38,324 bases of DNA from an uncultured Solirubrobacterales bacterium (lineage in GTDB: Bacteria > Actinomycetota > Thermoleophilia > Solirubrobacterales > Solirubrobacteraceae). Each line of letters begins with the position of its first letter. The first letter of the stretch is position 1. The notes beneath the pieces were generated by a model. The model was not told where the DNA came from and ran no database searches. It saw nothing but the letters and a program-made list of their open reading frames with translations. A program made the translations under genes and the position numbers. Below, one piece after another: positions 33,518 to 38,324 of this stretch. The DNA lies in assembly GCA_903959665.1 (NCBI GenBank), contig CAJBXY010000125.1, positions 1 through 38,324 on the forward strand. Direction: 5' to 3'.

Positions 33518-33861
33518 AGGCTCAACCCAAGGGCACGGGCAGCCCCGACCCACGCCGCGTACGCGACGGCGGTGACGCAGCAAGCGATCAACAACGCCGG
33601 CACGAAGCCAAGCCCACTGCGCAGCCCAACCGGCAGCGCAACGAAGAAGACGAGAGAGGGAACAATTACCCAAAGAATCGACCAGGAGAGCGAGATGATC
33701 TGCTCGCTATCACCGGTGTCGCGATAGAGCCAGACGATCGCGAGGATTGAAGTCAGTGGTAACGAGATGATGATCGCTCCGAGCAGCGTCGAGCGGCGCG
33801 CGGCCTCGCTAGCGGCAGCGATGATGATCCCGGAGACCAAAGCTTTGACGATCACGTACAC
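33514..33861 (-). CDS. DUF3147-like small membrane protein
   Basis: A 115-aa ORF with four hydrophobic helices and an N-terminal VKALVSGIIIAAASEAARRS segment. It uses a GTG start, and its stop overlaps the VWA stop in convergent orientation. Confidence 0.6.
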   Translation of the reverse strand: MYVIVKALVSGIIIAAASEAARRSTLLGAIIISLPLTSILAIVWLYRDTGDSEQIISLSWSILWVIVPSLVFFVALPVGLRSGLGFVPALLIACCVTAVAYAAWVGAARALGLSL

Positions 33862-33894
33862 GGCCTCAACCGTGGCTAGCGCGGCGGACGGAAG

Positions 33895-35382
33895 CTAGGA
33901 GGCAACCGGCACGCGGCCGCGGGCGCTTGCGACGCGCTCGAACTTGAGCGCGCCGTCTGCGGTGAGCTCGCTGGCCAGCTCGCGCTGATCGCGCGCGAGG
34001 TCCTGGCTCATCTCCCAGTGCTCGATCGAGCCTTGGCGCGGGAAGAGGTGGAGCGAGCGGCTTACGTAACCGGCGCCGAAGTCGAGCATTGGCCGGGTCT
34101 CCTGCGACGGGTCTGGATTGACCGCCGTACAGGAATTGAAGCCACAGCGATCCATGTAGGCCAGCACACGCCAGACGTAGTCGATCACGATGCCGACCTT
34201 GAGCGTTAGTGAGACGTTGTAGTTGCCGATCGCGAAGGCGAAGTTCGGAACCTCACTGAGCATCGCCCCCTTGTAGACGAGCGCCTCGGGCAGATCGACG
34301 CCGCGACCGTCGACGCTCAGCTCGATGCCGCCCAATGCGAGCAGCTCGAGCCCTGTTGCGGTGACGATGATCTCGGCCTCGAGCCGCTCGCCGCTGACCA
34401 GCTCAATTCCATCGTCGCTAAAGCTGGCGATCTGGTCGGTGACGACCGAGCAATCCCCGCGCGAGAGACTCTTGAAGAAATCGCCGCTGGGAACTGCGCA
34501 GAGGCGCTGGTCCCACGGGTCGTAATCGGGCGCGAAGTGACGGTCGATCTCGTAATCGGCCGGCAGCTGCTGCTTCAGCGACCAGCGCAGGAAGCCCTTG
34601 ACGAGATTCGGCCTCGACTGGGCGAGGCTGAAGACGAAGCGTTGGCGCCAGATGTTCTTGCGGCGCGTGATGCTCGCGGCCATCTCCTCGGGCAGCAGGC
34701 GATTGAGCAGGTTGGCGAGCGCGTCCTTGCGCGGCACGCTGATCACGTAGCTCGGCGAGCGCTGCAGCATCGTCACGTGGGCGGCCTGCTCGGCGAGCGC
34801 GGGAACGAGCGTGACGGCTGTCGCGCCGCTGCCGATCACGACGACGCGCTTGCCGGCGTAGTCAAGATCCTCGGGCCAATCCTGCGGGTGGATGATCTGC
34901 CCGGCGAAGCGCTCCTGGCCTTCGAAGTGGGGCTGGTAACCGTGGTCGTAACGGAAGTAGCCGCTGGCGCAGAAGAGCCAACCGCAGGTCATCGTGGTCT
35001 CGCGGCCATCGATCGTTGCTTCAACGGTCCAGAGCGCCTCGTCACTCTCCCAGGCCGCGCCGGTGACTTGGCAGCCGTAGCGGATGTTGCCGTCAACGCC
35101 GTACTCGGCGGCGGTATCGCGGATGTACTGGAGAACTTCGGGGCCGTCAACGATCGCGTTCTCGCCGGTCCAAGGCCTGAACTGGTAGCCGAGCGTGTGA
35201 AGGTCGGAGTCGGAGCGAACCCCGGGGTAGCGGAAGAGATCCCAGGTGCCGCCGATCGCGTCACGAGCCTCAAGGATTGCGTAGCTCTTCTGCGGCAGAT
35301 CCTCGGTCAGGCGGCAGGCGGCGCCGATTCCGGAGATCCCGGCGCCGATGATCAAGACATCGACGTGGCTGGGGTGCTCCAT
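33895..35382 (-). CDS. FAD/NADPH-dependent Baeyer-Villiger (EthA-like flavin) monooxygenase
   Basis: A 495-aa ORF with GAGISG FAD-binding and GSGATA NADPH-binding Rossmann motifs and the BVMO fingerprint FAGQIIHPQDWP (FxGxxxHxxxWP). Confidence 0.9.
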   Translation of the reverse strand: MEHPSHVDVLIIGAGISGIGAACRLTEDLPQKSYAILEARDAIGGTWDLFRYPGVRSDSDLHTLGYQFRPWTGENAIVDGPEVLQYIRDTAAEYGVDGNIRYGCQVTGAAWESDEALWTVEATIDGRETTMTCGWLFCASGYFRYDHGYQPHFEGQERFAGQIIHPQDWPEDLDYAGKRVVVIGSGATAVTLVPALAEQAAHVTMLQRSPSYVISVPRKDALANLLNRLLPEEMAASITRRKNIWRQRFVFSLAQSRPNLVKGFLRWSLKQQLPADYEIDRHFAPDYDPWDQRLCAVPSGDFFKSLSRGDCSVVTDQIASFSDDGIELVSGERLEAEIIVTATGLELLALGGIELSVDGRGVDLPEALVYKGAMLSEVPNFAFAIGNYNVSLTLKVGIVIDYVWRVLAYMDRCGFNSCTAVNPDPSQETRPMLDFGAGYVSRSLHLFPRQGSIEHWEMSQDLARDQRELASELTADGALKFERVASARGRVPVAS

Positions 35383-35413
35383 CGGCCAATCCTACTAGCG
35401 CCCTTGAAACGAC

Positions 35414-35471
35414 AACGGGCCGCCCGAAGGCGACCCGTTGCAAAGACTCCATCTGTGGCCGCTAGGGCCAC
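35414..35471 (-). terminator. Intrinsic terminator candidates downstream of csp
   Basis: On the minus strand: GTGGCC-CTAGC-GGCCAC (35471-35455), then an 11-bp stem AACGGGTCGCC-TTCG-GGCGGCCCGTT (35439-35414, one G:U pair, UUCG tetraloop) followed by GTCGTTTC. Confidence 0.6.
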
Positions 35472-35478
35472 GGGGCCT

Positions 35479-35682
35479 TTAGATCGTGCGCACGTCCTTA
35501 GCGCTCGGACCCTTCGGGCCCTCTTCTGATTCGAACTCCACCTTTGCGCCTTCAGCAAGGGACTTGTAGCCCTCGCCCATGATCGCTGAGTGGTGCACGA
35601 ACAGATCCTTACCGGCTTCATCAGGCGTAATAAACCCGAAGCCCTTTTCATCACTAAACCACTTGACTGTTCCAGTCGCCAT
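35479..35682 (-). CDS. cspA: Cold-shock protein (CspA family)
   Basis: A 67-aa ORF with RNP1 KGFGFI and RNP2 VFVHH-type motifs. A GGAGG SD lies 8 nt upstream. Confidence 0.95.
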   Translation of the reverse strand: MATGTVKWFSDEKGFGFITPDEAGKDLFVHHSAIMGEGYKSLAEGAKVEFESEEGPKGPSAKDVRTI

Positions 35683-35861
35683 CGAAATAACCTCCGCGGC
35701 GTTATGTGCTGCTTACTCGCGGAGACGCTCTGAGGCAATCGTGCGGGCGCTGGCACTGCTTTCATCGCGCTTATGCGCGACATTGACCCTTCAAACGGTA
35801 GCAGGCAGGCGCTTTTGCGCAAGGCACCATCTTTCAGCGGCGTTATCGTGATGGCTGCTCG

Positions 35862-36881
35862 ATGATCAGACCACTAGCCATCGCCGCAGCGATCTTTGCC
35901 GCAGCAACGCTGAGCGCCTGCGGCGCCAAGCAGGACGTCGTCACCAGCCCGACCCCGCGCAGCGTGCGCGTAATTCTCGACCAGCCAACAAACGCCGACC
36001 ACATTGGCCTTTACATGGCCAAGCAGGAAGGCGAGTTTGCCAAGGTCGGGCTCGACGTCAAGTTGATCAACCCATCCGACCCTTCGCAGCCGCTTGAGCT
36101 GCTCCAGAGCGGCGGCGCTGACCTGGCGATCTCGTACGAGCCGGAGCTGCTGATCGAACGCGACAAGGGGGCGGCGATCCTTGCCGTCGGCGCGGTTGCG
36201 CAGCGGCCGCTGGCGTCGCTGATGAGCGTCGATGACAAGGTCGTTGACCCACGCAAGCTTGAAGGCGCCAAGATCGGCACCTCCGGCCTCGCCTACGAGG
36301 ACGCGTTTCTCGACCAGATCCTTTCCGCCGCGGGCGTCGACACAACCTCGGTGAAGAAAGTTGACGTTGGCTTCGATCTGGCCCGCGCGATGACCTCGGG
36401 GCGCGTTGACGCGACGCTCGGGGCGTTCTGGAACATCGACGGCGTTGAGCTGCGCCTAGCGAAGAAGCGGCCGCGGATCATGCCGGTCGACCGTGCCGGT
36501 GTTCCCCCCTACGACGAGCTGGTGCTGGCAGCGCGGAACGAAACCGTCTCACGCAACGGCGCGATGATCCGTCGCTTCGTCGGTGCGCTCCAGCGAGGGA
36601 CGCGGGCAGCGAGAGCCAACCCGCCCGCCGCTATTGCCGCGCTGCGCGACGCTGCGCCCAAGCTAAAGGGGCGCGATGCGACCGCAACGGCGCGGGCGAC
36701 GCTGCCGCTGCTCTTCCCAGCGGCGAGCAAACCGTTTGGCTGGCAAGAACCGAGCCAGTGGCAAACCTTCGCCGACTGGATGAAGCGCAACGAGCTGCTT
36801 GCGACACCGGTCGACAGTGCGCAGGCCTTCACGAACGAGTTCTTGCCCGGAGAGGGCCTCGGCTCGGAGACAACTCCTTAG
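35862..36881 (+). CDS. Lipoprotein, ABC-type substrate-binding protein (NMT1/THI5-like, nitrate/sulfonate/bicarbonate class)
   Basis: A 339-aa ORF with a signal peptide and lipobox (AATLSAC) and a periplasmic-binding fold pattern (NADHIGLYMA, DLAISYEP). No permease or ATPase gene is adjacent. Confidence 0.65.
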   Translation: MIRPLAIAAAIFAAATLSACGAKQDVVTSPTPRSVRVILDQPTNADHIGLYMAKQEGEFAKVGLDVKLINPSDPSQPLELLQSGGADLAISYEPELLIERDKGAAILAVGAVAQRPLASLMSVDDKVVDPRKLEGAKIGTSGLAYEDAFLDQILSAAGVDTTSVKKVDVGFDLARAMTSGRVDATLGAFWNIDGVELRLAKKRPRIMPVDRAGVPPYDELVLAARNETVSRNGAMIRRFVGALQRGTRAARANPPAAIAALRDAAPKLKGRDATATARATLPLLFPAASKPFGWQEPSQWQTFADWMKRNELLATPVDSAQAFTNEFLPGEGLGSETTP

Positions 36882-36898
36882 CGCAGCGAAGCTGATCT

Positions 36899-37198
36899 TC
36901 AGCGCTGCAGCATGTGCACGTCGACGAGGAACGAACGCGAAGCAGCGATCGAACCTTTCCCTGAACGCTTGCGGCGACGCGCCGCCTTGCCGCTGCGCCG
37001 GCGCGATACAACGGCGCAGACGACGGCGCCGGCGACGAATGAGCCACCGACGACGGCGGCCTGGGTGGCTACCAGCTCGGCCGCCGTGCGGCGCACCGGC
37101 AGCGGCCGCGCCTCGTTGACGACAACGGCATCGACCTCTTCGTCGATTCGCCTCTCCTCGCTGCTGGCTGTGCCGGTGTCAAGCATCATCAGCGGCAA
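36899..37198 (-). CDS. Hypothetical small single-pass membrane protein with a basic tail
   Basis: A 99-aa ORF with high GC3, one TM segment (AAVVGGSFVAGAVVCAVV) followed by SRRRSGKAARRRKRSGK. It overlaps the upstream gene by 20 nt. Confidence 0.35.
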   Translation of the reverse strand: MPLMMLDTGTASSEERRIDEEVDAVVVNEARPLPVRRTAAELVATQAAVVGGSFVAGAVVCAVVSRRRSGKAARRRKRSGKGSIAASRSFLVDVHMLQR

Positions 37199-38324
37199 GA
37201 GTAGCTTCGTTTGCGCTCGCGTGCGACGAATCGGTGCGCCAGGGGAACGCTTCGGCGTCAGCGAGCGACGGTTCGGCGCGATCGACCAGCAGCCGTTCGT
37301 AGAAACGGTAGCGGCGAACGACCGTGCCGCCCATCCCTTCCATTCCGCGATTCATCGCCTTATTGGTCTCCAAGATCCAGCCGGTCTCGCCGCCGCCCTG
37401 TGGCGTTGACTCGGCCGATTCGTAATGCATCTCGTAGAGCCGCGCGGCAACCCCGGCATGCTGATAGTCACGCTTGACGCCGAGCGCGAAGACGCGCACA
37501 CGATCGATCTTCCTGCGTGCGCGCAGAATTTTCAGCCAGCCGAACGGCAACAGCCGCCCATTGCCGGCGGCTTTGATCGCCTGGTTGAAGTCGGGCAGCG
37601 TCAAGGCGGCGCCGACGACCTCGCCGGTGTCGGCCTTCTCGGCGATCATCGCCCAGTTTTCGTCAAGCACAAACTTCAGGTCTTCGGCGTAAGCGCGCGC
37701 CTCTTTTTCGCTCAGCGGCACGAAACCCCAGTTGCGCTCCCAAGCCTCGTTGTAAACCTCAAGGAAACGGCCCACCTCAGCCTGCAGCTGCTTCTTGCGC
37801 ATCGGCCGGCAGATGATTCCGTGTTCGCTTTCAACCTTCTCTGCCATCTCCCAGATCGCCGGGTGGACATCGGCCTTGCCGCTGATGTGTAGATCCCACA
37901 TCAGCGTGTCCATCGCCTTGCGCAGCCCGCAGGCCTCTTCGAGCAGCGTGCGGTAGTAGGGGAAGTGCCATTCGGTGAGGATGATTGGCGTCAATTCGTA
38001 ACCCTCGATCAGTAGGCCGCACTCGTCGTTGGTCGAGAAGCTCATCGGGCCGACGATGCGGTCTCGCCCGCGCTCACTGTTCCATTCGGCTGCGGCGTCG
38101 ATCAGCGCCGCCGCTGCCTCTGCGTCGTCTTCGCATTCAAAGAAGCCGAACAGCCCCCAGAGGTTGTCCTGAAACTCGTTGAGGTTGTTGTCAACATGGG
38201 CCGAGATCCGCCCGACGACGCGGCCGTCGCGGTAGGCGAGGAAGAGCTGAACTTCAGCATGCTCAAAGAATGGGTTGTGCTTTGGATCGATGTGGCGGGC
38301 GCGCTCAAACCTCAGCGGCGCGAC
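37179..38324 (-). CDS. GNAT-like N-acyltransferase of an uncharacterised ~400-aa family, 5'-truncated by the window edge
   Basis: The reading frame stays open for 93 codons upstream of the listed Met (38045) up to position 38324. That extension reads ...FFEHAEVQLFLAYRDGRVVGRISAHVDNNLNEFQDNLWGLFGFFECEDDAEAAAALIDAAAEWNSERGRDRIVGPMSFSTNDECGLLIEG, which is protein-like and continuous with the downstream domain. Confidence 0.6.
   Translation of the reverse strand, partial: VAPLRFERARHIDPKHNPFFEHAEVQLFLAYRDGRVVGRISAHVDNNLNEFQDNLWGLFGFFECEDDAEAAAALIDAAAEWNSERGRDRIVGPMSFSTNDECGLLIEGYELTPIILTEWHFPYYRTLLEEACGLRKAMDTLMWDLHISGKADVHPAIWEMAEKVESEHGIICRPMRKKQLQAEVGRFLEVYNEAWERNWGFVPLSEKEARAYAEDLKFVLDENWAMIAEKADTGEVVGAALTLPDFNQAIKAAGNGRLLPFGWLKILRARRKIDRVRVFALGVKRDYQHAGVAARLYEMHYESAESTPQGGGETGWILETNKAMNRGMEGMGGTVVRRYRFYERLLVDRAEPSLADAEAFPWRTDSSHASANEATLAADDA

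Noticed and set aside
1-38324. A search for CRISPR arrays, IS elements or integrases, prophage genes, toxin-antitoxin pairs and large direct or inverted repeats.
   Set aside because: I saw no spaced direct repeats, no transposase, recombinase or phage-structural motifs, and no long duplicated segments. The only tandem repeat is the 18-bp coding repeat at 23693-23764.

Overview
This is a high-GC, gene-dense bacterial chromosome segment with about 47 protein genes. I found no rRNA, tRNA, CRISPR array, transposase or integrase. Positions 235-24066 are two long minus-strand arrays with many GTGA/ATGA/TGATG stop-start overlaps. They reproduce the conserved actinobacterial housekeeping block: rlmB-cysS-ispF-ispD-carD, disA-radA, clpC, lysS, coaX, and folK-folB-folP-ftsH-hpt-tilS. 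From memory this matches the M. tuberculosis Rv3579c-Rv3625c layout. Lineage-specific differences are:
- No lsr2, panCD or folE.
- greA and dus are inserted.
- A CDGSH Fe-S gene is coupled to clpC.
- A hotdog thioesterase-like gene sits between folB and folK.
- An HTH-adenylate cyclase gene is joined to the 5' side of tilS.

The right third (24-38 kb) is mixed-strand and accessory-like. It holds a nucleoside phosphorylase, phasin-motif proteins, a PadR/SRPBCC pair, a Ca2+/H+ antiporter, a secreted C5-epimerase-like protein, an EVE protein, a 4-TM protein, a CoxD-like MoxR ATPase, a CoxE-like VWA protein, a Baeyer-Villiger monooxygenase, a cold-shock protein, an orphan lipoprotein SBP and a GNAT-like gene truncated at the right edge.

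The best candidates for an undescribed system are:
1. The EVE / TM / MoxR / VWA block (29948-33517), which has no CO-dehydrogenase genes nearby.
2. The Lys-rich phasin-like / SCP2 / lipid-type adenylate cyclase trio (22000-24066), which runs straight into tilS-hpt-ftsH.

Neither is proven. All calls rest on by-eye motif recognition, and no database search was possible.
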